DNA from: a virus
Lineage: Duplodnaviria; Caudoviricetes
Strand: one strand, 5' to 3'
DNA: 64,000 bases
Virus record (IMG/VR): IMGVR_UViG_3300028886_001681
Span: 64,001-128,000 of that record
The position numbers and the translations under genes were made by a program. Numbering within the stretch: the stretch's first letter is position 1; each line of letters opens with the position of its first letter. Below, one piece after another: positions 52,536-63,027 of this stretch. A model generated the notes under the pieces. The model searched no databases. It saw only the letters and a program-made list of their open reading frames with translations, and was not told where the DNA came from.

Positions 52536-54046
52536 AACTCGCCTCCTAATAATTTTAGTTTTTAAGTCATTGCTAGTGACTGTGCATTAAATAGTTAATG
52601 CTCACGTAAATAGTTAAAAAAAGATTGAGAGGTTAGATAGAACTAGGAATAATTCTACCAATAGGCTAGCAACCTACTGTCCCTTTCAATCAATGTGATT
52701 ATACTAAATTTATTTTATTTTATCTAGCGTGGTTTTTGAATTTGGGATTGCAAACATCGTTGATTACATCCCAAGCACGTTTCATAATTTTCCTCTCTTA
52801 AAAATGTATTTATATACTTATTTTTCGTGATTCTTGAACTTCTCGTCGAGCGTGTCGTACCAAAAGTTGATTCTGTCCCAAAATTCTTTGTCTTTAGTCT
52901 TTACCGAAATGTTGCCGTTCTTGGCGAACGAAACTTCAAGACCCTTCAACTCGTCAATCGGCCCACGATAATGGCCTTGTTCTCGCCAAGAATCTTGCAC
53001 GAGGTACTTCTTTTTCATGTCATTGATGAATTCTGCGTCTTTATGATATTTTTCAAAAGTTCCGAAATATAAGGCCTCAAAAACTTTCGGTTGCTCAAAT
53101 TCCGAATACGATTTCCATTTATGTTCGGTTGTCAAGAAGTATGGACTCATACTCGTTTCAGAGAATGTATAACCCCATTCATTCTTCATCTTGTTGGTGT
53201 CCACTCCGTAAGGATTCTCCTTCGATGTTTCGCCCAAGGATTTTTCAATTATTTTTAGAATGTTGTCGTAAGAAGTGCATTCCGTGGAAGGAATGGAAAT
53301 GCCCAATTGCTCATTCACAATGTTGTAGTCAACCACTCTAAAATGAAGGTCTGTGTCTTTCTTTAGTTTTTCAACAATCATATATAGATAATCGCTCACT
53401 ATATGGAGCGACCAATCGTCCACGATTCCACTATTCGCCAAATCCCAAAACAATTTCTCATCAATGTCTTTAATTTCAAGCCTTGCCATAATTTATTTCT
53501 CCTATTCAACAATCATCATCTGTAATCTGTTTTTCAATGTATTTAATTTATTGGTTGATTCAGACAACGCCATCAAAATCACATCTTTATTTTCATAATC
53601 ATATTTTTTTATTTCAATGTAATCTTTCGCAACATCATTTAAACTAGCGTCAATTTCTTCAAGAAGATTATCTCTGACTGTGGCGTTGAAATTGTAATCT
53701 AAATTAAGATTGATTCTATCCCAAGTTTTTTCGATTTTATCGATTCTATGAAGTGTATCGGAATTGTCTAAAACTTTTTCCACAACATGTTCTTGCAATT
53801 TTATTCCGCTTAAATGCAAACTGAATAAAGTCACTTCTTCGAGAAAAGCCAAAATATTGTTATAGTTTCGTTTATCCATAATTCCGTTCCTCCTACATAT
53901 AATATAACACAATTATATGCGGATTGTCAAGTAAAATTATTAAAAAATGCGAGCGACAACATAAATGATTCTCGCGAGAAATTAACTTGAATTTCAATAC
54001 AAACAGAGGTTGTCGCCGACAAAAATAGTTATAACTATTTACATTT

Positions 54047-54835
54047 ATGGATATAAATACAACATCTACGACAAATTCAAATCCTCATTTTATGACTAGA
54101 AGCCAACCGTTTTACTACGGAGAGCAGATGAAATCTTGGGCGAACACTCCGATGTCCTACGCCATAGACATCGCCATAGAAAACCATTTGGGAAAAACCC
54201 TTGAATTTCCACTAGATAGAATAATATACGCCTCCAACGAATATTGCTTTAGGGAAAGGACTAGAAGAAACGAGGGGGAGTTGAACCTTCCTTTCTTGAA
54301 TTATTACCGAGTGGGATTTGACGATGCGGACAGACCTTGGAAAAACGACTTTTCAAACAGATTCGGATTGATAGACCGCGAAAACAAATTCACATCGTTA
54401 ATGGGCGGAAAGATGAGAATTTATCCCATAACCATAAGTTACGAGGCCACCGCCTTCTTTGGACAGAACAAGGACTGCGAATACGCCATGAATAAACTTT
54501 TATTCGACAGTTCCAACGAAACGATAATCAAGCCCCAAGTGGAAACCAATGACGGAGACATTATTGAAAACGCAGGCGTCATGAATTTCGACATAGAGTA
54601 CAACCCCAACTACCAAGAGAGTGATTGGCTTGAACAGAATAGAATATGGACAATAGGTTTGGATTTCACTGTGACCACATATATGATTGGCAAGTTCGAC
54701 CAAAATCCTGACGGACTGCATGTGGCGAAGAAAGTGCTTTTGGAGTTTTTCACGGCCAAGAAACTCAACTATGAGAACTACAAGGAAAGTGAGAGAATGG
54801 AAATTCTTTTGTCCGAGTATTTCGGAACGAACTAG
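54047..54835 (+). CDS. putative tail completion/terminator protein (gp15-like)
   Basis: Position before the sheath gene, late-type motif, P..I.YE pattern. Confidence 0.4.
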   Translation: MDINTTSTTNSNPHFMTRSQPFYYGEQMKSWANTPMSYAIDIAIENHLGKTLEFPLDRIIYASNEYCFRERTRRNEGELNLPFLNYYRVGFDDADRPWKNDFSNRFGLIDRENKFTSLMGGKMRIYPITISYEATAFFGQNKDCEYAMNKLLFDSSNETIIKPQVETNDGDIIENAGVMNFDIEYNPNYQESDWLEQNRIWTIGLDFTVTTYMIGKFDQNPDGLHVAKKVLLEFFTAKKLNYENYKESERMEILLSEYFGTN

Positions 54836-54906
54836 TCTGAAAATTTTTAACTATTTTAAGCATTGTGAACGCAAAAAATTTTAATTTTTTATAGGAGAAT
54901 GAAGAT

Positions 54907-56769
54907 ATGGCTCAATCTTGGAGAATAAAGACTGTCGAAAAAGACAACACGGAAAAGGCTTTAACTAGCACTGCTACAATGGGCGCGACCGTAATCGTGG
55001 CTCCGAAAGGCCCAAAGGATTTTGTTAGGTTCAACAAGGGCGACACCCAAGGAATCTTGAATACATTCGGATATCCGTCAAAGGATTACCCTACAATCCA
55101 AGACGCTTTGGATGTAGTTCAAAAATGCACGATGTATGTGGCGAGTCCATACAAAGGCGGAACTTATGGAGGAGCGTTCGTGACCAAAGATTTGGGAACG
55201 ATACCGTTCAACCAAGGAGTGCAGACGAAGGAGATAAGTGATTACGCTTCGGTCGCTTTCGTGGAGCAAATCGGAATCGGAGACGGAACGACGATTTCTT
55301 ACGCTTACACAATAAAGAACATCGCCAAATACAACTCGGAAAGTTTGACGCTATCCATAGGGGGAGTCGACCATCCAATCACAATCACAAGTTCAGAAGG
55401 GATTGAAACCATAACGGACGACCCCACTGAAGGAATTTTGGACTCAGGTTCTTCTCTCAACACATCGAACGGAGAGTTGACATTGAAATTTAAAACTCCT
55501 TTGGTTAGCGGAACAACAATCTCCATCGGATATTCAATGGATTTGTCAGACACATATTTCGTAATTTTCGACAAGAACATGCAAGAAGACGACCTTCAAG
55601 TGAAAGTCGTGGCCTCCGATGATGTGGAAGGCGCGTTCGAAATGACTGTCGAAAGATGGAATCCTGTTGATTTGGCTTACGAGGGGGTGAACGGAAGCCC
55701 ATTCTTGTTCGGACTTTCGGAAACATCAAAAGACACCTACGGAGACAACATTTACATCGAGAATGTGTTCAACGACAAGCAACAGTTGTTCGATGTTCAT
55801 GTGGTGAATTCAATCGTAAATACATTCGTCGACGACACCAACATGGTGAAATTGAGCGGAGGGTCGAGAGGCGACGAGCCTAGCGGAGCGGACATAGCGT
55901 CAATCTACGACCAACTCCAAGACACGAACAAATATCAATTGAAGTTCTGCTTTGACGGAACTAACGAGAGCGAGGTAATCGCTAAATATGTGTCGTTGAG
56001 GAACAACTATCAAAAAAGATGTCGTTTTGTTTATTGCGCGGCTGATGTGGACGGAGAGACGATTGTCAACGACCCCACTACATATAATTTCGGAGTGACC
56101 GCCAACAGAGGATTGTACCAATATTGCTTGAATTGGGGAATCCACATCGATATCTACCAAGGAAACAACTTCAAGTGCTCCAACATGGGTTTGATAGCAG
56201 GAAGATTGGTTGACTACTTGGACAACGAGGCCAACACGACTTCCGCTCCCGCTTGGATTGATGAAAATGGTGTGGGCGGAATTCTTGGCTCTAGTATCAC
56301 CAAACTTTCGCAAGAAGGAACCGCCGAGGACATCCTTCATCAGTTGGACGACCTCAACTTCAACGCGATTGTGAACGACTTCAACTACGGTCCAATGATT
56401 GTAGGTTGGAGAACTCGCCAAGTGAAGAAGAGCGACTTCTCGAACATTCCGATTTCTTCTCTCGCGGACACAATCATCGAGTTGATTGAGAAGAATGTCT
56501 TGCCTAGCAGAATCGGCAAGATGATTGACGAAGCCTCTTACTCCGTGGTGAGAAGCGGTTGCAACTCAATCTTGGGGACATACTCCAACCGCTTGGAGGA
56601 CTACTACACTTGGTGCGACTCGGACAACAACACCGCCGAGACAAGAAACCAAGAGGAGTTGATTGTGGCGGTAGGAATTGTTCCGAAGAAGTTCGCTCGA
56701 ACGATTTTGTTTGTGTTCAATTTGTTCAAGTCAGGCGATATCTCGGTTGAAGAAATGTTGAAAAAATAA
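54907..56769 (+). CDS. contractile tail sheath protein
   Basis: APKGP...FGYP, LSGG, APAW...G, G.RT, Y..CD..NNT.E. Confidence 0.85.
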   Translation: MAQSWRIKTVEKDNTEKALTSTATMGATVIVAPKGPKDFVRFNKGDTQGILNTFGYPSKDYPTIQDALDVVQKCTMYVASPYKGGTYGGAFVTKDLGTIPFNQGVQTKEISDYASVAFVEQIGIGDGTTISYAYTIKNIAKYNSESLTLSIGGVDHPITITSSEGIETITDDPTEGILDSGSSLNTSNGELTLKFKTPLVSGTTISIGYSMDLSDTYFVIFDKNMQEDDLQVKVVASDDVEGAFEMTVERWNPVDLAYEGVNGSPFLFGLSETSKDTYGDNIYIENVFNDKQQLFDVHVVNSIVNTFVDDTNMVKLSGGSRGDEPSGADIASIYDQLQDTNKYQLKFCFDGTNESEVIAKYVSLRNNYQKRCRFVYCAADVDGETIVNDPTTYNFGVTANRGLYQYCLNWGIHIDIYQGNNFKCSNMGLIAGRLVDYLDNEANTTSAPAWIDENGVGGILGSSITKLSQEGTAEDILHQLDDLNFNAIVNDFNYGPMIVGWRTRQVKKSDFSNIPISSLADTIIELIEKNVLPSRIGKMIDEASYSVVRSGCNSILGTYSNRLEDYYTWCDSDNNTAETRNQEELIVAVGIVPKKFARTILFVFNLFKSGDISVEEMLKK

Positions 56770-56788
56770 AAATTAAAAAAAAATAACG

Positions 56789-56821
56789 AAAGCGTCCGAC
56801 AAAAAATCGGACGCTTTTTTT
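56789..56821. terminator. bidirectional terminator
   Basis: AAAGCGTCCGA...TCGGACGCTTTTT. Confidence 0.8.
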
Positions 56822-56952
56822 ATTCATAAACAACCTTGATTGTTCCGCAATTCTATATATTTTGTTCTCTCTCATCATTTCTCGCTCTTGGATGAGTCGT
56901 AGAACCTCAATTCCCCTCGTTCGAAAGTTTTTTTAATGGAAATATAATCCAT
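56820..56952 (-). pseudogene. deleted remnant of a Hef-like endonuclease gene
   Basis: SD AGGAGG and ATG; fragments IKKTFERGELRFYD..SE, MRENKIYRI and CGTIKVVYE match the C-termini of 57120-58742 and 61468-63027. Confidence 0.65.
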
Positions 56953-57119
56953 TTCCTCCTACAGTACGCTAAGTTCCGCTAAGAAACGCACCATAGGTTT
57001 TAGCGGAACTTACGGATTATTTCTTATATATAATATAGTTGATTTTGATAATTTTGTCAAGCGAAAATGTTTGGTAATTTTCCTTGACATTCCGTTGAAA
57101 TCATGGCATAATCCAAGAC

Positions 57120-58742
57120 ATGAAAGAAACTGAAAGTAAGAAAAAGGAATTGTACTCGCTCAAGGAACTGCACAAGATGAAAGTGTATCCTACTCTCTTG
57201 GAATACCTTGGAATTGAAACTGTGAAGAAAGGCCGAGCGACATATATAACCCAAGAGTCCTTGGATAAAGCGTTAAAATTCAAGGAGGAGAATCCTAACA
57301 CGAGAGTTTTGTTGCAAAAATTCGCCTTCATGAAAAAATACGGAGTCGAGAACCCCCAACAAGCCAAAGAAATCCGAGAAAAGACGCTCTCCACAGTCAA
57401 GGAAAGGTACGGAGTCGAGAACACTTCGCAATCCCAAGAGGTCAAGGACAAGAAGGCTGACACTCTACGAAAGCGTTACGGAGAAAATGTGTCCAACCCC
57501 ATGGATTGCGAGGAATTCGTTTTTAAAGTGAAGGAGAATTGGAAAAACAAGAGTCGAGAGGAGATGAATGCTCTGACCGAAAAGACGAAGAGGACATCGA
57601 TGCTCAAATACGGTTTCGACAACGCTATGAAAAACAAAAATGTAGCAGACAAGTCGAAAAACAATAAAAAGGAAAACAAACTCAAGGAACTTGAAAAATA
57701 CAAAGATTATGTTCCCATAAAAGAAATTTGCATGATTGTCTCAAGGTGTTATGACAGAGTCTTGGATGTAATCAAACTTTTGGGATTGGAGATTATAGAA
57801 GTCAAGGATTCCCACTTAGTGAAAAAATCCGATTTAGATAAAATCAAAAAATATTTTGAAGTTGCGTCGGATTACGCTACTTCAAACGAAGAAAAAGAGT
57901 TGTTGGAATTCATCGAAACATTAACCGACGAAAAAATTATCTCCAACGATAAATTGACGATAAATCCATACGAATTAGACATTTTCATTCCTTCAAAAAA
58001 TTTGGCGTTCGAATTTGACGGAATTTACTACCACTCCAACCAATTCAAAGACAAATTTTACCATTACGACAAAACCAAGTTGTGCGAGAAAAAAGGAATT
58101 AGATTAATTCATGTCTTTGAGGACGACTGGCGATTCAAGCGGAACATAGTGAAATCGATGATAAATGCTTCGTTGGGAATTTACGAACGGAAAATATTCG
58201 CTCGCGAATGTGAAGTCAAAAACATTTTCAATTTTGAATACCGAGATTTTATGAACGAAAACCATCTGCAAGGATACGCTTCCGCTAGTCGTTATTTAGG
58301 ATTGTATTATCGCGGAGAATTGGTTCAGTGCGTGGGAATAAAATATAACGGAATCAACAAGACTTGGGAATTGAACCGCATGGCCACTAAACTCAACAAT
58401 CAAGTCGTGGGAGGCTTTAGCAAACTATTGAAACACGCGATAGAGCGATTCAACATCAAGGAAATGACTTCCTATGTCTTCAAGTCTTGGTTCGACGGAA
58501 AATCTTACGAGGCTTGCGGATTCAAATTCGACAAGGAATGCCCTCCGACTTATTGGTATGTCGTGAATGGAATGAAAACAAACCGAATGAATTGGCAAAA
58601 GAAATTCATCAAGGAGAAATTCAACAAGGGTGAATTGAGGCATTACGACGAATTAGAAAGCGAGTTTGACAACATGGCGAAAAACGGATTCAATTGGATT
58701 TGGGATAGCGGTAAAATAAGATTAAGGTATAAATCGGAATGA
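57120..58742 (+). CDS. Hef-like putative homing endonuclease
   Basis: YGVEN repeats, ELDI....AFEFDGIYYHS, IFAR.CEV, NHLQG, VVGGFSKL, WDSG. Confidence 0.75.
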   Translation: MKETESKKKELYSLKELHKMKVYPTLLEYLGIETVKKGRATYITQESLDKALKFKEENPNTRVLLQKFAFMKKYGVENPQQAKEIREKTLSTVKERYGVENTSQSQEVKDKKADTLRKRYGENVSNPMDCEEFVFKVKENWKNKSREEMNALTEKTKRTSMLKYGFDNAMKNKNVADKSKNNKKENKLKELEKYKDYVPIKEICMIVSRCYDRVLDVIKLLGLEIIEVKDSHLVKKSDLDKIKKYFEVASDYATSNEEKELLEFIETLTDEKIISNDKLTINPYELDIFIPSKNLAFEFDGIYYHSNQFKDKFYHYDKTKLCEKKGIRLIHVFEDDWRFKRNIVKSMINASLGIYERKIFARECEVKNIFNFEYRDFMNENHLQGYASASRYLGLYYRGELVQCVGIKYNGINKTWELNRMATKLNNQVVGGFSKLLKHAIERFNIKEMTSYVFKSWFDGKSYEACGFKFDKECPPTYWYVVNGMKTNRMNWQKKFIKEKFNKGELRHYDELESEFDNMAKNGFNWIWDSGKIRLRYKSE

Positions 58743-58772
58743 TGTAATTTTTCAAGAAATTGATTTCATAGA

Positions 58773-58802
58773 AAAAGACCCTAGATTTCTCTAGGGTCTT
58801 TT
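58773..58802. terminator. bidirectional terminator
   Basis: AAAAGACCCTAG...CTAGGGTCTTTT. Confidence 0.8.
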
Positions 58803-58838
58803 CATCTATTTATGTCTTGTTAGATTTCAAGTCGCCGA

Positions 58839-60392
58839 TTACGAGTTGCTAGAAAGGTTCTGCAATGTAACGACTGTGGCGAAGTGCTTGTTGTTAATCT
58901 TGCTGTCGGCATAAACACCCAAGCCCATCTGTGAGTTGAAGTTCTTCAATTCTACGGGGTTTGTGGTGATACCTGTTCCATAAGTTCCGACAGAAACAGG
59001 AGCGTCAACATTTTGAGCCTCTGTGCTCTTGCCGAACAAGTACAACTTGCCTTCGTTCTGAGCGGGGTTGATGATGCTCTTGGGAGCCATGTAAACTCCG
59101 CGTCCGTCCAACTCGCCTACCTTGAAGATTCCAACTCTGCTTGTCGGCTTTTCTCCAACAAACTTGTTGTGCTTCGTGAGGTAAGAGTATGAGGCCGAGT
59201 CGCACACGATGTTTGTCGTGTCGGCAAGACGGCCAATCGCGTCATACGGAAGGTTCTCGCCGTTGATGATGGCGGAAAGAACCGACTGCGCGTGGGCGTA
59301 AGAACTGTCCGCGCCAGCGGTGGCGAAGTCAGTGTCGAATGTAACAGGAGCGTGCCATGAAGCGGCCTTGATTCCCTTGGCAATGCATCGCTCGTCGAAA
59401 GCCTTGCGGAACTCGTCGCCAGCGCCAGCGATAAGCATATCTTTGGCAGAAAGTCCGAGTTTTGAGTTCATCAAATCCTCGGAGAAGCGAGTCCATTCAA
59501 CTTCGAGCGGATACAAGATGGCAGAGAACTGATACTCAACCAAGTTCAAGAGAACTGAACCTGTGCGAGGGAACAAAGTGGGGTCTTCGAAGTCGTAGGC
59601 GTACTGAACGATTACTTCAGCGGAAGCGCCACCGCTAACGGCAGAGGCGAATACGACTGAAACCGCACCTGTCGTATAGTTGATTGTAGACGGTGTGGCG
59701 GGGTCGAGGTCGGCTCCGACGAGAACACCCGCTCCGTTGTCAACGGCAACTTGAGCGCCGTCGAGGAAAACGCTTACCTTGAAAGGAATCAAGGGTTTGT
59801 ATGAAAGAGTGGCAGTCCAAGTAACGCCAGCGTCGCCGCTAATCAAGGCTTCTTGCTCGAATGTTGAAGGATAGCGTCCTTCGCCGTAGTTCTCGTAAAC
59901 TACATCGCCAGCGGTGGCGCCGCGAGCGGTTGAGCCGTAAGTAGTCTCCAACTTGTAGAGGCTGTCTTTCATTGAACTCATTCCCCATACATCGAATACA
60001 TCTTGGGCGATTGAGTTAGAATAGCCGATGCGAGAAATCTTAACGATGTCTGTCGGCAACATAAGAGCCATGGCACCGCCACTCTGCATCGCTTCCGTCA
60101 ACTGAGCGCCATTCATAGATTTGATGGCTTGCTCTTGAAGAACATTCTGAGCGATTGTCGGATTGCGACGAGCCTGAATTTCAGAGTTCTCAAGGAACAA
60201 GATGAGGTTTTCCGCCTTCTTCGCGTCCTTTTCGAACATCTCGTCAAGTTTGCCTTTTCCGAGAGCCAATCCCTTAGACTTGCTATACTTCTCCTTCAAC
60301 TTGAGAACCTTGTTCTCGCGCTCGGAGAGTTTTTCATTGTAAATTGAACGAGCCTTGTCTTCGCTCATTCTCATAACTTTTCCGAAACCCAT
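58839..60392 (-). CDS. major capsid protein (T4 gp23-like)
   Basis: Charged N-terminal delta domain ending LTE|A, W.....EDL, G.LDGR.VY, highly biased codons, late-type motifs upstream. Confidence 0.75.
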   Translation of the reverse strand: MGFGKVMRMSEDKARSIYNEKLSERENKVLKLKEKYSKSKGLALGKGKLDEMFEKDAKKAENLILFLENSEIQARRNPTIAQNVLQEQAIKSMNGAQLTEAMQSGGAMALMLPTDIVKISRIGYSNSIAQDVFDVWGMSSMKDSLYKLETTYGSTARGATAGDVVYENYGEGRYPSTFEQEALISGDAGVTWTATLSYKPLIPFKVSVFLDGAQVAVDNGAGVLVGADLDPATPSTINYTTGAVSVVFASAVSGGASAEVIVQYAYDFEDPTLFPRTGSVLLNLVEYQFSAILYPLEVEWTRFSEDLMNSKLGLSAKDMLIAGAGDEFRKAFDERCIAKGIKAASWHAPVTFDTDFATAGADSSYAHAQSVLSAIINGENLPYDAIGRLADTTNIVCDSASYSYLTKHNKFVGEKPTSRVGIFKVGELDGRGVYMAPKSIINPAQNEGKLYLFGKSTEAQNVDAPVSVGTYGTGITTNPVELKNFNSQMGLGVYADSKINNKHFATVVTLQNLSSNS

Positions 60393-61467
60393 AGTTTTTC
60401 ACCTTTTGTTTCATCGATTGAGGTTTTTAGTTTGCTTTGCACGAAAGAATTACTAAAATACCTATAAAATATATAGTTATCGGCATGAACAAAAGATTTT
60501 CCAAATTTCTTAAAATCTCGCGGACACATTTTTAAAAATCAAAGCATATGGTTTCGACTTCGTATCCAACCGCCATTCATATAACCCTAGGCGGTTTATC
60601 GCCAATTAAACTTTCACAATAAAATAGTTAATGTTTTTTACATCAACATCCAACAGAATAAAATAGTTAATATTTTTTCACCTTCACATTTAAATTAGAA
60701 CCATCTTTGATTAAATTTAAAATATATTGATAATCTTCATCAGTTCCATCGTCTATTTTAAATTCTATATAATCTTCGTTTTTATTTGATATTATAATCT
60801 CAACATCGTCTTCATAGCCATCAATAAAACCTATTTTAGAAAATGATAAAAATTTATCTGCGATTTCCAATGTATCAAGAAGGGAATTTTCACCGAAAAT
60901 TTCATAATTTTTTAAACCTTGCATAAAAGGTTCTAAACTTCGACCAAAACCCACACTTGTTATTTTAAATCTCATAAATATACACCTCTCGTTTTAATAG
61001 TTATAAAAATCCACCCTCAATTATAAACTAGATGTAATGTCGTCCAATTTAACTTGCAGATTTTTTGACAAATAAAACGCTTTGGTGATGTCGTTGTAAA
61101 AATTTTCGTAATCCTCGACATCCAACGCTCCGAAACTTGTGGTTTGAACTGTAACTGTCACCACATTGATGTTTTTCAAAACTTCGTTGCTCACTCTGAT
61201 GATGGGCGAATATTCCGACTTTGAAGATATTTCCTCGTCATTGAGAATCGCACCTTTGCCGTAGTCTATGTAAAAGTCGCTTCTATATCCGTATTCGTCG
61301 CAAGCGTCGTTCAATTTATTCACTTTAAATTCCAAGTCTTTCAACGCTCGTTCGTCGTCCATGACTGCATCGCTTATCGTCAATTTAAACATAAATAATC
61401 CTCCTAAATGTTTATGATTAAGATAGTTAAAAAAAATAACCTAGGAAATCTCCTAGGTCTTTAATTT

Positions 61468-63027
61468 TTAATCCGATTCATATCTTACTTTAATCGTTCC
61501 GCAATCATATATCCTATAATATCCCAATTTTTCCATATTTCGCTCTTCAGTCAAAGATTCGTCGAATTCCTTTGGAAACTTTTTAGCGATATTCTTCTTG
61601 GTGAAATTCATTCTATAAAACCTTTCAAACTTTTTTGTATAATAATAATTCGGTTTGTTTGCCGATATTTTTTTAAATCCGCTAGACAAATAGCCATCGC
61701 CGTTGAACAACCGTCTATCGACATAAGAAATGCAATCTTTGCCATAATGTTTCATCAATTTACTAAATCCGCCGACAACTTGAGTGTTTAATTTCGTGAC
61801 CATTCTAATTAACTCGTTTTCATTTTTAGTAAATCTCGACTTTCCGAAACCAACGCATTGAACCAATTCTCCTTCATAAAACAATCCCAATCTTTCAGAA
61901 GAATTACACTCTCCTTGAATATGATTTTCGTCACAGAAGTTTCTAAATTCACGGTCGCCAATTTCTTTCACCTCGCATTTTCTAGCGAATATTTTCCGCT
62001 CGTAAATTCCCAATGACGAACTTATTATCGATTTGACGATATTTTGCTTGCATTTCCATTCGTCCTCAAATACATGAATCAATCTTATTCCTTTTTTCTC
62101 ACACATGATTGTTTTGTCGAGATGATAATTTTTATTTTTCTGATGTTCCGTGGAGTGCCAATATAATCCGTCAAATTCTATGGCGACCTTTTTATTAGGA
62201 ATATAAACATCCAATTCTTTCGGAAAAATCGTTTTTCTGTCGTTTTCTATAATTTCGTCACAATAAATGGATTTTACAAATTTTACCAAATCTCGCTCGT
62301 CTTTTGAACTGTGCGAATAATTTTTACCGATTTTATCCAATTGTTCATTTATTAAAGAAATGTCGCGATTTTTAATATATGGAACATTTTCAAACATAAG
62401 CAATTTTACATTCGTTTGTTCCAAACAATAATTCAATGTGCTCGCGGAATGCTTTACGCTCGGTTCAAATATTTCCGAAAACATGGAACAATCGTTTTCT
62501 TCGCAAAATTTTTCGGAAGCGTTTTTAAATCTTTCCTTCCTTCGCCTTCCCATTTCCACATTATAATCTTCTATGCTCTTGTATCTTTCGACGATTGTTT
62601 CCTTCGCCTTGTCGGAATTTATGAAATCGCAAGTTCCGTAGCGCTTCATGTTGGTTTTGTTTCTTTTCTCAATCCGTTCCGCAGAATTTGCCTTGCTCGT
62701 CTCCGACAATTTCTTTCTAATTTCTTCAAGTTGGGATTTGTTTTCCACTCCGTATTTTAATAACGAGATTGCCTTTGATTTCTCGGCTTTGGACAAGTTC
62801 GCGTATTTCACGATTTTATCCGCCGTTTCTTGGGAGTACATTGCGACTTCTTTTTTCGCCTTGGGATGGTAGGCTTTCTTCGATTCCAAAAAAGCGGAGT
62901 ATTTCCTTATGGACTTAATTTGCGAGCGAGGAATGTTGTTATCGCCTAATATTTCATTGAGAGTTTCATAGTTTTGAGAAATTAAATTGTCATATTTTTC
63001 CGATTTATTGTTTTCCATAAGAAGCAC
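61468..63027 (-). CDS. Hef-like putative homing endonuclease (paralogue of 57120-58742)
   Basis: Same motif set: AIEFDGLYWHS, IFARKCEV, VVGGFSKL, YDCG. Confidence 0.75.
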   Translation of the reverse strand: MLLMENNKSEKYDNLISQNYETLNEILGDNNIPRSQIKSIRKYSAFLESKKAYHPKAKKEVAMYSQETADKIVKYANLSKAEKSKAISLLKYGVENKSQLEEIRKKLSETSKANSAERIEKRNKTNMKRYGTCDFINSDKAKETIVERYKSIEDYNVEMGRRRKERFKNASEKFCEENDCSMFSEIFEPSVKHSASTLNYCLEQTNVKLLMFENVPYIKNRDISLINEQLDKIGKNYSHSSKDERDLVKFVKSIYCDEIIENDRKTIFPKELDVYIPNKKVAIEFDGLYWHSTEHQKNKNYHLDKTIMCEKKGIRLIHVFEDEWKCKQNIVKSIISSSLGIYERKIFARKCEVKEIGDREFRNFCDENHIQGECNSSERLGLFYEGELVQCVGFGKSRFTKNENELIRMVTKLNTQVVGGFSKLMKHYGKDCISYVDRRLFNGDGYLSSGFKKISANKPNYYYTKKFERFYRMNFTKKNIAKKFPKEFDESLTEERNMEKLGYYRIYDCGTIKVRYESD

